Numbered from the stretch's first letter, positions 9,437 through 19,546 are shown. The stretch is DNA of 64,000 nt from an uncultured Bacteroidales bacterium (GCA_947589325.1 CANQAM010000001.1:95834-159833), one strand, 5' to 3'. Translations and numbers: made by a program. The notes: generated by a model not told the origin, from the sequence alone.

Positions 9437-10338
9437 AAGGTAAAGCGGAAAAAGGGTATGTCGAATGTCGCGAGCAGAAGCGCCGCTACGAGCAGCAGGG
9501 TAAATATCAGTTGGTTGCGGGCAGTCATGCCCAATACCTTGTTGAGTTCGCGTCCCGTGCGGGTCGAGAGGGCGTGGCAGCCTTTGAGGTGCAGCACCAC
9601 GTAGACGTGCAGCAGCACGATGCCTGCCGCGCCGGCGGCAATCCATGCGTTTACCGTGAGCAGCAGGGCGGCGATGCCGTTGAGGTGGTAAACCGTGCGG
9701 GCGAAATGCCGACCGAACAGTACCACCGTCGTGTGTTTGCCGGCGGCTTTATCGTCTTCGTAATCGCGGTAATTATTGACAATCAATATATTGACGGACA
9801 GCAGCCCCATGGCTGCGCTGCAAAGGAACACGTCGAAGTCGAACGACAAGGCTTGCACGTAGTAGGTCAGGTTCACCGCCGCCAAGCCGAAAAACGTCCA
9901 CACCGTAACATCGCCCAATCCGTGATACGAAAGCGGGTAAGGACCTGCCGAGTAAGCCAGTGCGGCAGCGGCGATGACGGCGCCGGCAGCGACGAGCCAC
10001 CACCCCGCTGCCGGTATGAGCAGGCAGCCGGCGGCGCAGGCGATACCCAGTGTCGCCAGCGTGGCGGCGAGCATGGCGCGCGGCGAAATGTCGCCGGCGG
10101 TAACGGCGCGGCGCGGACCCACGCGGTCGGCGCGGTCGGCGCCCCGTTTGTAGTCGAAGTAGTCGTTCCCGAAGTTGGCAGCCACCTGCGCCGCGAGCGC
10201 GAAAAAGAAACAGATGGCGGCAGCCCCCCAGTCGGCTTTCCCCTGCGCCCACGCATACGCGGTGGCGGCAATGACCGGACACACGGAGGTCGGCAGCGTG
10301 CGGGGGCGGGCGGCTTCTATCCACACTTTCGTGTTCAT
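9433..10338 (-). CDS. menA: 1,4-dihydroxy-2-naphthoate octaprenyltransferase
   Basis: W..AARPRTL, NDYFDYKRGAD, NNYRD..D...GKHT motifs. Confidence 0.95.
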   Translation of the reverse strand: MNTKVWIEAARPRTLPTSVCPVIAATAYAWAQGKADWGAAAICFFFALAAQVAANFGNDYFDYKRGADRADRVGPRRAVTAGDISPRAMLAATLATLGIACAAGCLLIPAAGWWLVAAGAVIAAAALAYSAGPYPLSYHGLGDVTVWTFFGLAAVNLTYYVQALSFDFDVFLCSAAMGLLSVNILIVNNYRDYEDDKAAGKHTTVVLFGRHFARTVYHLNGIAALLLTVNAWIAAGAAGIVLLHVYVVLHLKGCHALSTRTGRELNKVLGMTARNQLIFTLLLVAALLLATFDIPFFRFTL

Positions 10339-10462
10339 GCGTTCTTTTATTTGGTCGAAATGCGAAAATTTTTTCAAAAATACGGATTTGTGTCGAGACG
10401 GCAGAGGCAGTGCGAAAAAATTTTTCTACTTTTGTTCCATTCAATATAAATATGGAATAAAA

Positions 10463-11068
10463 ATGTTTTCAGGAATCGTGGAAGAAGCGGCGACCGTAGT
10501 CGCCTTGCGTCGCGAGCAGGGAAACCTGCATCTGACGCTTTCGTGTTTGTTTGCCGGCGAGTTGAAAATCGACCAGAGTATTTCGCACAACGGCGTGTGT
10601 CTTACGGTGGTGAGCCTCGACGGCGATACCTACACCGTTACCGCCATACAGGAGACGCTCGACCGCAGCAATCTCGGGCTGTTGCAGGTGGGCGACAAAG
10701 TGAATCTCGAACGCAGTATGCTGATGAACGGCCGCCTCGACGGGCACATCGTGCAGGGACACGTCGATTGCACGGCGCGCTGCACCCGTGTCGAAGAAGC
10801 CGACGGCAGCTGGTATTACACCTTCGCTTACGATTCCACGCCCGAAATGGTGCGGCAGGGATATGTTACGGTGGAGAAAGGCTCGGTGGCGGTGAACGGC
10901 GTGAGCCTTACCGTCTGCAACTCCCGTCCCGACGGCTTTCAGGTGGCGATTATTCCCTATACCCACGAGCACACCAATTTCCACCGGATAAAGGAGGGCA
11001 GCATCGTCAATCTGGAATTCGACATCATCGGCAAATACATCAGCCGCATGATGACATACGGTAAATAA
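10463..11068 (+). CDS. ribE: Riboflavin synthase (alpha chain)
   Basis: MFSGIVEE N-terminus, NGVCLTV, GHIVQGHVD, NGVSLTV. Confidence 0.96.
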   Translation: MFSGIVEEAATVVALRREQGNLHLTLSCLFAGELKIDQSISHNGVCLTVVSLDGDTYTVTAIQETLDRSNLGLLQVGDKVNLERSMLMNGRLDGHIVQGHVDCTARCTRVEEADGSWYYTFAYDSTPEMVRQGYVTVEKGSVAVNGVSLTVCNSRPDGFQVAIIPYTHEHTNFHRIKEGSIVNLEFDIIGKYISRMMTYGK

Positions 11069-11083
11069 TGGAATGACAAGAAT

Positions 11084-11647
11084 ATGAAAAGTTTTCTCGA
11101 ATTGGCAGCCGGTCGTCAGAGCGACCGGCGGTTCGACCCCGACCGCCGCGTCGAGCCGGAGAAGCTGGCGCGCATCATCGAGGCGGCGCGTCTGGCGCCG
11201 TCGGCGTGCAATTCGCAGCCGTGGCATTTCATCGTGGTCGATGATGCCGACACCAAAAACCGTGTTGCCGATGCGGTGGCGAGCAAGGTGCTGGGCATGA
11301 ATCATTTTACCAAACAGGCGCCCGTGCACATTCTCGTCGTGGAGGAGTCGGGCAATTTCACTTCGACGGTAGGCGGCTGGGTGAAGCGGAAACATTTTCC
11401 CCATCTCGACATCGGCATTGTCGCCGCCCACATCGTTTTGGCTGCCGCCGACGAAGGGCTGGGCTCCTGTATGCTGGGCTGGTTCGACGAAGCGGCGGTG
11501 CGCAAGGTGTTGCATATCCCCTCCGGCAAGCGCGTGCTGCTCGACATTGTCATCGGATATTCTGCCGACCCCCTGCGCGAGAAGCAGCGCAAGCCCCTCG
11601 AAAAGACGGTGTCGCACAACGACTATGCGACCCCGTTCGGCGAATAA
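11084..11647 (+). CDS. Nitroreductase family protein
   Basis: R.S.R.F, APSACNSQPW, GLGSC.LG motifs. Confidence 0.93.
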   Translation: MKSFLELAAGRQSDRRFDPDRRVEPEKLARIIEAARLAPSACNSQPWHFIVVDDADTKNRVADAVASKVLGMNHFTKQAPVHILVVEESGNFTSTVGGWVKRKHFPHLDIGIVAAHIVLAAADEGLGSCMLGWFDEAAVRKVLHIPSGKRVLLDIVIGYSADPLREKQRKPLEKTVSHNDYATPFGE

Positions 11648-11706
11648 TGGCGAAAACGCTTTGCCGCCCTCTTTTTTTACATTAAATTTGCAGAAAATCT
11701 GTTGCT

Positions 11707-12873
11707 ATGAGTGATCAACGTTACAACCTGCGCGGCGTGTCCGCCTCGAAAGAAGACGTACACAACGCCATAAAAAATATCGACAAGGGCATTTTCCCGA
11801 AAGCCTTTTGCAAAATTATCCCCGACATTCTGGGTGGCGACCCCGCATGGTGCAACATCATGCACGCTGACGGTGCCGGCACGAAATCGTCGCTGGCATA
11901 CATGTATTGGCGCGAAACGGGCGACCTCTCCGTGTGGAAAGGCATTGCGCAGGACGCACTCATCATGAACATAGACGACCTGCTCTGCGTCGGCGCCACC
12001 GATAACATTTTAGTGTCATCGACTATCGGGCGCAACAAACTGCTGGTGCCCGGCGAGGTCATCTCCGCCATTATCAACGGCACTGACGAACTGCTTGCCG
12101 AGCTGCGCGACATGGGCGTGGGCGTGTATGCCACCGGCGGCGAGACTGCCGACGTGGGCGACCTCGTGCGCACCATCATCGTCGATAGCACGGTAACCTG
12201 CCGCATGAAGCGCAGCGACGTCATCGACAACGCGCATATCCGTCCGGGCGACGTCATCGTAGGCATGGCATCTTTCGGACAGGCGACCTACGAAAAAAGC
12301 TACAACGGCGGTATGGGCAGCAACGGGCTTACTTCGGCACGCCACGACGTTTTTGCAAAATATCTGGCGGAAAAATACCCCGAAAGTTATGACGCCGCCG
12401 TGCCCGACGAGTTGGTATATTCCGGCGCTCTGCACCTCACCGACGCCATCGAGTCGCTCGGCATCGACGCCGGCAAGTTGGTGCTTTCACCCACCCGCAC
12501 GTATGCGCCGGTGGTCAAAAAAATGCTCGACGAAATGCGCCCACGCATACACGGCATGGTGCACTGTTCGGGCGGCGCGCAGACCAAAGTCATGCACTTC
12601 GTCGAAGGTATGGAGGTGGTGAAAAACAATCTCTTTCCCGTGCCCCCCTTGTTCCGCATCATACAGGAACAGTCGGGAACCGACTGGCAGGAGATGTACA
12701 AAGTCTTCAACATGGGGCACCGTATGGAGGTGTACCTCGCCCCCGAAGATGCGCAGACGGTCATCGACATCACCCGCTCGTTCGGCATCGATGCGCGCAT
12801 CGTCGGCTACGTGGCGCCTGCCGAGCGTAACCGTCTGATTATCGAATCGGAATTCGGCCGCTTCGAGTATTGA
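11707..12873 (+). CDS. purM: Phosphoribosylformylglycinamidine cyclo-ligase (AIR synthase), Bacteroidetes type
   Basis: HADGAGTK, MNIDD, GGETAD, GSNG, HCSGG, FNMG motifs. Confidence 0.95.
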   Translation: MSDQRYNLRGVSASKEDVHNAIKNIDKGIFPKAFCKIIPDILGGDPAWCNIMHADGAGTKSSLAYMYWRETGDLSVWKGIAQDALIMNIDDLLCVGATDNILVSSTIGRNKLLVPGEVISAIINGTDELLAELRDMGVGVYATGGETADVGDLVRTIIVDSTVTCRMKRSDVIDNAHIRPGDVIVGMASFGQATYEKSYNGGMGSNGLTSARHDVFAKYLAEKYPESYDAAVPDELVYSGALHLTDAIESLGIDAGKLVLSPTRTYAPVVKKMLDEMRPRIHGMVHCSGGAQTKVMHFVEGMEVVKNNLFPVPPLFRIIQEQSGTDWQEMYKVFNMGHRMEVYLAPEDAQTVIDITRSFGIDARIVGYVAPAERNRLIIESEFGRFEY

Positions 12874-12963
12874 TTACCGCAAAAACACACAGCGGATTGC
12901 CACAAAAACACACAGCGGATTGCCACAAAAACACACAGCGGATTGCCACAAAAACACACAGCG
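12872..12963. repeat. Tandem repeat, 4 x 23 bp (gattgccacaaaaacacacagcg)
   Basis: Units at 12872, 12895, 12918 and 12941; last three identical, first has 2 mismatches; no spacers. Confidence 0.97.
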
Positions 12964-13015
12964 GCGTTGCGCAATATAAAAAATATCATTATTTTTGCCG
13001 CGTAAACATTTGCGT

Positions 13016-14326
13016 ATGGAATATTTGCAAAGAATAGCGGACAGGCAATTGGCATTGTTACTGGAAGCCTTTGGCGCGGTACAAATCAAAGGCCCTAAAT
13101 GGTGTGGAAAAACTACGACAGCAGAGCGTCATGCCAAAAGCGTGATTAAGTTGCAAGACCCCGACAGACGAGCCGGATATCTTGCTACTGCACGTACTAA
13201 GCCTTCGATACTTTTGAAAGGCGATACGCCGCGACTGATCGATGAATGGCAGGACGCACCTGTTTTGTGGGACGCTGTGAGAACGGCCGTTGATGATAGA
13301 AAATTGAAAGGTCAATTCATTCTTACGGGGTCTACGGTTATAGAAGAGGGGAAAAACAGTCCGGAAGTGCAAAAAAGAATGCACTCAGGTACCGGCAGAA
13401 TTTCGTCGATAACCATGTATCCGATGAGTCTGTACGAATCGTTGGAATCTTCCGGAGAAATATCCCTGCAAGAGCTTTTCGACCATAAAAAAAACGATAT
13501 CGACGGTATTGCTTCGAGAATATCGATAGAAAATCTTATACTTGCTGCTTGTCGGGGCGGTTGGCCTGATTCGTTGGGTGTAAAGAGCGATAAAGCGAAA
13601 TTGTTAATTGCGGGCGATTACCTGAATGTCGTTTGCGAAGAAGATATATCGCGGATAGATGATGTCCGGCGAAATGCCGTGCTTGCCCGTCTTATTTTGC
13701 GCTCGTATGCGCGCAATCTCTGTACTTTGGCAAAAAAAACGAGTATGTTGGCTGATGTACAAGCCGAAATGGAATCGGTGTCCATGACGACCTTTGAAGA
13801 TTACATCAACGCGCTGACACGTCTGTATGTGATTGAAGATATCGATGCATGGTGTCCGGCGATACGCTCGGCCTCTGCTATCAGAAGCGGAAAGAAAAGA
13901 TGTTTTATCGACCCGTCCATTGCTGTGGCAGCCATGGGGGCGACGCCGAAAACATTGGAGTTGGATTTGCGGACATTCGGTTTTGTATTCGAATGTATGT
14001 GCATACGCGATTTGAAAGTGTATTCTCAGGCGATAGAGGGCAGGGTTTCCTATTATCACGACAGATACGGGCTGGAAGCGGATATCGTTTTGCATCTGAA
14101 AGACGGCAGATATGCGTTGATAGAGTGTAAATTGGGTAGTCGGGACATAGATGAGGGTGCAAAACATTTGCTCGAAATGCAACAGCTCATCAGAACAAGA
14201 AATGAAAATGAACGCCAAGTGCCTCTTAGAGAGCCCGATTTGCTGATAGTGCTTACGGGCGGTGAGTTTGCTTACACGCGCGACGATGGAGTGAAGGTTA
14301 TCCCGCTGGCTTGCCTTAAAGATTGA
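13016..14326 (+). CDS. AAA_14-family ATPase with DUF4143 / C-terminal PD-(D/E)XK-like domain
   Basis: Walker A GPKWCGKTT, Walker B LIDEWQ, LTGS, GGWP, DPS, EADIV...LIECK; -7 box TATTTTTG at 12990-12997; more AT-rich than purM by eye. Confidence 0.9.
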   Translation: MEYLQRIADRQLALLLEAFGAVQIKGPKWCGKTTTAERHAKSVIKLQDPDRRAGYLATARTKPSILLKGDTPRLIDEWQDAPVLWDAVRTAVDDRKLKGQFILTGSTVIEEGKNSPEVQKRMHSGTGRISSITMYPMSLYESLESSGEISLQELFDHKKNDIDGIASRISIENLILAACRGGWPDSLGVKSDKAKLLIAGDYLNVVCEEDISRIDDVRRNAVLARLILRSYARNLCTLAKKTSMLADVQAEMESVSMTTFEDYINALTRLYVIEDIDAWCPAIRSASAIRSGKKRCFIDPSIAVAAMGATPKTLELDLRTFGFVFECMCIRDLKVYSQAIEGRVSYYHDRYGLEADIVLHLKDGRYALIECKLGSRDIDEGAKHLLEMQQLIRTRNENERQVPLREPDLLIVLTGGEFAYTRDDGVKVIPLACLKD

Positions 14327-14354
14327 AATCGACCCGTTTATGGGCAGGGGAATA

Positions 14355-14383
14355 AAAAAGTCCGACCTCCGGTCGGACTTTTT
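14355..14383. terminator. Bidirectional intrinsic terminator
   Basis: aaaaagtccgacc-tcc-ggtcggacttttt between convergent genes. Confidence 0.85.
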
Positions 14384-14441
14384 GTTTTCGAGCTGTCAGA
14401 CACAATATTCGACAAAAGTACTTATTGTCGTGTAAATAATT

Positions 14442-15863
14442 TTATTTCACAAAAATTTTCTTCACATCGATACTTCCGTCGGAGTAAAGCGTCTTCACGA
14501 TATTTATGCCCTGTACAGGCTCAGGCAGCACGATGCCGCTTGCCGAGTAGATTTCGGTGCCGACGATTTGTTTTTCGGCATTGAGGCTGCCGGTCGAACT
14601 CTCTTCGCTGTCTCCGCTGTCGCCCGAGCTCTCTCCGCTGTCATTGGTTTCTATATCCACGTCGCCGAGCTGGTACACTTCGGCTGCTGCCAGCAGGAAA
14701 CAGCCCACACCGAAATCTTCGAAGTCGGGCTTGGTGGTATATACGATAGGCTGCGCATCTTCGGGTTTGGAGCCGGTACCTTGTACGTAATGCAGGGCTC
14801 CGTTTTCGTCTACGGCTCTGAGGCATAGAGCCGTCCAGCCGCTTCGTATGTGCGGCATATAGGTGGCGCTGTCGAGCAGACCCGTGTGCACGCCGTATGC
14901 CATGCCTGCCACGAAAAGCGCCGTGCCCGATGTTTCCGGTCCTTCCGATTCGGGCGAGCCGTAGTTGGTCGGGGCGGCGAGGCTCACGCTCCAAAAGCCG
15001 TCTTCCCGTTGGCATTCGGCAAGCGCCTTCGACATAGTGGTGAAATCGTCGATGTATTGCTGCCGGTGGCAAAGCGTGTCGGGAGCATAGTAGAGCACCC
15101 GTGCCAGAGCCGTATATACCCACCCGTTTCCGCGCGACCAGTAGCAAGGTTTGTCCTTTTCCACTTTGTCGGTGTAGGGCGGGTCTGCGTTGTAGTCGCG
15201 GTACCATAGTCCGTCTTGCTCGTTGAACAGCGGCGAGCCGCCGCCTTTCTTCGAACCGCCCTGTTTGTCGCGCGTGTACATATACATATTGTACATATAT
15301 TCGAAGTAGCGTTCGTCTTGTTCGATGACACCGAGCTGCGCGTAGATGGGCATGGCCATGTGTATGGCATCCACCCACCACCAGTCATTTATTTTGCGCT
15401 TATACATCAGCGTGTCGATATGGTTTTTGATGTGCGTTTTGCGTATGGTGTCGGTCGGTTCGAGCATATACATGTCGAGATACGCCATGCCGCAGCAGTG
15501 GAAGTCGGCATTGGTCGGAGCCGAAGTATCGTTGGAAATCCATTTGTGAAAGTCGCCCCATTCCCGTGTGTATTCATACCAAGCCTCTACCGGCCTTTGG
15601 CGGTACATCGCCATCAGTCCTTCATAATAAACGCCCCGCATCCAGACGCGGCTGTTGCGTTTTTTCTCACCCACGAATGATTCTGCGGTCGGGTCGGGGC
15701 AGATGATATGCATGAAGTAGTCGTTTACGAGCGATGCGTAATAAAAAACGGAGTCGCGCGTGATGATGCGGGGATAACAGTCCTCGTCCGATACGGAGCT
15801 TTCCTGTGCATATCCTGCGGTGCAGAAAAGTGCCATGACCGACCATAAGAGTATTTTCTTCAT
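14442..15863 (-). CDS. GH105/GH88-type unsaturated glycosyl hydrolase with Ser/Gly/acidic linker and T9SS-like CTD
   Basis: Signal peptide; NAD..C, WWWVDAIHMA, WSRGNGW, ETSGTA, VQGTG motifs; C-terminus EIYSASG...GINIVK...KKIFVK. Confidence 0.88.
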   Translation of the reverse strand: MKKILLWSVMALFCTAGYAQESSVSDEDCYPRIITRDSVFYYASLVNDYFMHIICPDPTAESFVGEKKRNSRVWMRGVYYEGLMAMYRQRPVEAWYEYTREWGDFHKWISNDTSAPTNADFHCCGMAYLDMYMLEPTDTIRKTHIKNHIDTLMYKRKINDWWWVDAIHMAMPIYAQLGVIEQDERYFEYMYNMYMYTRDKQGGSKKGGGSPLFNEQDGLWYRDYNADPPYTDKVEKDKPCYWSRGNGWVYTALARVLYYAPDTLCHRQQYIDDFTTMSKALAECQREDGFWSVSLAAPTNYGSPESEGPETSGTALFVAGMAYGVHTGLLDSATYMPHIRSGWTALCLRAVDENGALHYVQGTGSKPEDAQPIVYTTKPDFEDFGVGCFLLAAAEVYQLGDVDIETNDSGESSGDSGDSEESSTGSLNAEKQIVGTEIYSASGIVLPEPVQGINIVKTLYSDGSIDVKKIFVK

Positions 15864-16053
15864 GCGTTGTAATCTGGAAAGCGAGTAAAGATAAAAATTA
15901 TTTTTCGAAATGACAGTGTTTTTTTATGAAGAAAATAAAAATGAAAAGTATTTTTTCACATTTCGTCCGGGCAGCCGGCGAAAAAGTTTCGGCATAAAAA
16001 ATCCGGACTTCATATAAAAATGAAGTCCGGATAATGATAAAAATCGGTGAATA

Positions 16054-16587
16054 TTATTTGCTTGCCATGAAGCCGGCAGCGCCGATCATCGATTTGTAAG
16101 CCAAAAGACCGGCTTGCGATTTTTCGACCGTTACCATTTGACCTTCGCCGGCATATACGCCGATGTGTTCGTCATCGATGAAGGTGAGGAACGTGATACC
16201 GTTTACAGCCCACGAATTTTCGTCGCTGTTGTAGGTAAATTCAACGGTTTCGTTGGTAACCGTATCGGTGATTTTGTAACCGTTTTCGTTGGATTCTACG
16301 AGGTAGTCGCTGTTTTCGCCCTCGATGTGTTTTACATTGTCGGCCAAGGGGTTGTTTCCCGACCAAAATTCGATGGAATTGATAACCAAACCGTCGGCAA
16401 TCAACGAAATTTCATAAACGGGGAGGATAAGGAATGCAAAAAATACCACCTCGTTCACCCATTTGGAACCTATATTGTTGTTCCAATCGAAAATTTTGTT
16501 CGTCAGACCGAACGATCCGATACAGGAGGAGAATGTCAGACTTCCTGCCATCAGTATGGCCACAGCCACAGTTAATTTCTTTTTCAT
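16054..16587 (-). CDS. DUF3332-family lipoprotein
   Basis: Lipobox FSSC followed by IGSFGLT, KWVNE, NSIEFWSG.NP. Confidence 0.85.
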   Translation of the reverse strand: MKKKLTVAVAILMAGSLTFSSCIGSFGLTNKIFDWNNNIGSKWVNEVVFFAFLILPVYEISLIADGLVINSIEFWSGNNPLADNVKHIEGENSDYLVESNENGYKITDTVTNETVEFTYNSDENSWAVNGITFLTFIDDEHIGVYAGEGQMVTVEKSQAGLLAYKSMIGAAGFMASK

Positions 16588-16680
16588 AATACAAAAATTT
16601 TTGGTTATGTTATTTGTGCGCAAAAATAAAAATAAGATTTATAAGGAGAAACTCTTTTGGCTCTTTTTTTGATAAAAAAA

Positions 16681-17574
16681 TTAATTTTTCTGTTCGTTCG
16701 GAATAATTCCGCGCTGTCTAAGCCATTTCCACATAAGCGATTGCCACGAATCGTAATAGGCAAATGCGGGACGGCAGCCCCACCCGTGTCCGCCGGTGGC
16801 GAAGATGTGCATCGATGCCGGCACGCCGGCTTCTTTCATGGCGGCATACATCTGCACGCTGTTGGCGGGAGGCACCGACTTGTCATCGTCGCTCAGCAGG
16901 AAAAGAGCGGGCGGCGTGTCGGCGGTAACGTGCAGTTCGTTGGAATATAAGTCTATCAGGGCGGCATTGTCTTTCTCCGCACCCAACAGGTTGTCGCGCG
17001 AGCCCTTGTGCGTAAACTCCTTCATCGTTACGACCGGATAAAACAGCAGCATGAAGTCGGGACGGCTCTCCGGCGTATAGTGCGTCCCGAGCGTCGAGGC
17101 CAGATGCCCGCCTGCCGAGAATCCCGCAATGCCCACTTTGTCGGGGGCGATGCCCCATTCGGCGGCACGGGCGCGGACGATGCGCACGGCTTCGGCGGCA
17201 TCGGCGAGCGGTATGGCATGGTGTCCGTTCGGAAGCCGGTATTTGAGTATGATGCCCGCCACTCCCTTTTTCTGCAACATTTCGGCAAACTGTATGCCTT
17301 CGTGCTGCATGGCTTGTCGGGCATAGGCTCCGCCCGGACAGATGATGACGGCCGCGCCTGTATTCACCGCTTTTTCGGGAAGGTAAACATACAACTCGGC
17401 GGTGCGGGCATTGAGGTAATGTCCGCTCTCCGTCAATTTTTCTTCGGCACACAGGCCGTTGTCTTCGGCTGCGCCGTCGGGCCATACGGCTACGGTGAAC
17501 GGCTTTTGTGCACCGGCTGCCGTGCTAATCGACAAGGCAGTCAATAGACCCAACATTTGTTTTCGGTTTATCAT
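16681..17574 (-). CDS. Alpha/beta hydrolase (carbohydrate esterase-like)
   Basis: CPGGAY, YRLP, GFSAGGH nucleophile elbow, DD, GGHGWG; signal peptide. Confidence 0.9.
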   Translation of the reverse strand: MINRKQMLGLLTALSISTAAGAQKPFTVAVWPDGAAEDNGLCAEEKLTESGHYLNARTAELYVYLPEKAVNTGAAVIICPGGAYARQAMQHEGIQFAEMLQKKGVAGIILKYRLPNGHHAIPLADAAEAVRIVRARAAEWGIAPDKVGIAGFSAGGHLASTLGTHYTPESRPDFMLLFYPVVTMKEFTHKGSRDNLLGAEKDNAALIDLYSNELHVTADTPPALFLLSDDDKSVPPANSVQMYAAMKEAGVPASMHIFATGGHGWGCRPAFAYYDSWQSLMWKWLRQRGIIPNEQKN

Positions 17575-17696
17575 CTTTTTCGTTTTTAGAGTTCGGTACG
17601 TATTGAAAAAATCGGTAATTTTGTGCGTTTTTTTCAACGAGGCGAATATACGCTTTTTTTTGAAAAATCTCAAATATCTGTTCGAGAATACGTTGC

Positions 17697-19394
17697 ATGA
17701 AAAAAGAAAAAATCGTCATCTACCAGCTGCTGCCCCGCCTTTTCGGCAATACGACGGAAAATTGCGTCGCCGGCGGAAGCCTTGAAGAAAACGGCGTCGG
17801 CAAATTCAATGATATAAACGACAACGCCCTGACGGCGATAAAGCGACTCGGTTGCACGCACGTGTGGTACACCGGCATTTTGGAACACGCTACGCAGACC
17901 GACTATTCGGCATACGGCATCGCGCCCGACAACCGTTACGTCGTCAAAGGAAAAGCCGGTTCGCCCTATGCCGTTAAGGATTATTACGACGTCGATCCTG
18001 ATTTGGCGGTGAACGTCGCCGCCCGTATGGCGGAGTTCGAGTCGCTTGTGGCGCGCACTCACGAGAACGGTTTGCGGGTCGTCATCGACTTTGTGCCAAA
18101 CCATGTGGCGCGGCAGTACCGTTCCGATGCCAAGCCTGCCGGTGTAAGCGACCTCGGCGAAAACGACAACCGCCGCCACCATTTCGATACCGCCAACAAC
18201 TTCTATTATTTCCCCGACGAAACATTCGCTCCCCGGTTCTTTATAGGAGAGGGGCAGGAGCGTTACATCGAATCACCGGCCAAGGCGACGGGAAACGATT
18301 GTTTCTGTACCACTCCGTCGGTGAACGACTGGTACGAAACCGTCAAACTTAACTACGGTGTCGATTATCTGGGCGGTCGCGCCACCCATTTCGACCCCGT
18401 GCCCGACACGTGGGCGAAGATGCTCCATATCCTCCTTTTCTGGGCAGCCAAAGGTATCGACGCCTTTCGTTGCGATATGGCGGAAATGGTGCCGGTCGAA
18501 TTTTGGCACTGGGCGATACCCCAAGTTAAAAATGCCTTTCCCGAAATACTTTTCATCGCCGAAGTCTATAACCCGAACGAATATCGCAATTACCTGCAAA
18601 ACGGCCGGTTCGACTACCTCTACGACAAAGTGGGCTTGTACGACCTGCTGCGCGAAGTGGTGGGCTGCCGTGCCCCTGCCGCCGGTATAACCGGCTGCTG
18701 GCAGTCGCTCGACGGCATCAGCGACCGAATGGTCAATTTCCTTGAAAACCACGATGAACAGCGGGTGGCATCGTCGTTCAACGCCGGCGACCCGTTCAAA
18801 GCCTATCCCGCTTTGGTCGTTTCGGCGTTGATGAACACCAATCCGTTCCTGCTCTATTTCGGGCAGGAATTGGGCGAGCGAGGCGAAGATGCCGAAGGGT
18901 TCAGCGGGCACGATGGACGCACGACTATTTTCGACTATTGGAGCGTACCCGCCGTGCGGGCGTGGTACAACGGCGGAAAGTGCAATACCGCCCGTCTCTC
19001 TGCCGACCGGAAAAAATTGCGCGAAATGTATCGAAAGGTATTGACCCTCTGTAATCGGGAAGCTGCCGTGCGGGAGGGTGGATTTTTCGACCTGATGTAT
19101 GTCAATGGCGCAAGCAGTGCATTCGACCCGCAGCGGCAATATGCGTTTGCCCGCTGCTGCAAAAACGACCTGTTGCTCGTCGCCGTCAATTTCGGGGCAT
19201 CGCCCGTGCAGGCAGGAATACGCCTTCCGCAGCATCTGTTCGATTTCTGGCATATACGCACGGGTGCGGTGTCGTGTAAAGAGTTGCTCGGCGGTGCCGA
19301 ACAACAAAAAAATCTTTCGCCCGACACCTTGTTCGATACGCCGATAGCGGCGTATGGCGCCGTCGTATGGAAGTGCCGGATTACGTCCGAATAA
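17697..19394 (+). CDS. GH13 alpha-amylase family protein
   Basis: DFVPNH, FRCDMA, FIAEVY, FLENHDE conserved regions. Confidence 0.94.
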   Translation: MKKEKIVIYQLLPRLFGNTTENCVAGGSLEENGVGKFNDINDNALTAIKRLGCTHVWYTGILEHATQTDYSAYGIAPDNRYVVKGKAGSPYAVKDYYDVDPDLAVNVAARMAEFESLVARTHENGLRVVIDFVPNHVARQYRSDAKPAGVSDLGENDNRRHHFDTANNFYYFPDETFAPRFFIGEGQERYIESPAKATGNDCFCTTPSVNDWYETVKLNYGVDYLGGRATHFDPVPDTWAKMLHILLFWAAKGIDAFRCDMAEMVPVEFWHWAIPQVKNAFPEILFIAEVYNPNEYRNYLQNGRFDYLYDKVGLYDLLREVVGCRAPAAGITGCWQSLDGISDRMVNFLENHDEQRVASSFNAGDPFKAYPALVVSALMNTNPFLLYFGQELGERGEDAEGFSGHDGRTTIFDYWSVPAVRAWYNGGKCNTARLSADRKKLREMYRKVLTLCNREAAVREGGFFDLMYVNGASSAFDPQRQYAFARCCKNDLLLVAVNFGASPVQAGIRLPQHLFDFWHIRTGAVSCKELLGGAEQQKNLSPDTLFDTPIAAYGAVVWKCRITSE

Positions 19395-19546
19395 ATTAAC
19401 ACGAAAAAAAGCGCCGCTATACGAACAAGATAAAAATAGAATCACTACCTTTGCAGGGAGAAAAAGGCAGCACATTCCATCGTGCCTTCCGGAGAAAGAA
19501 AAATACTGTACAAATCTCTTTATAGAAATATAAACGTTTACACATT

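Noticed and set aside
12872-12963. CRISPR array
   Set aside because: Units are contiguous with no unique spacers, are not palindromic, and no cas genes are present.
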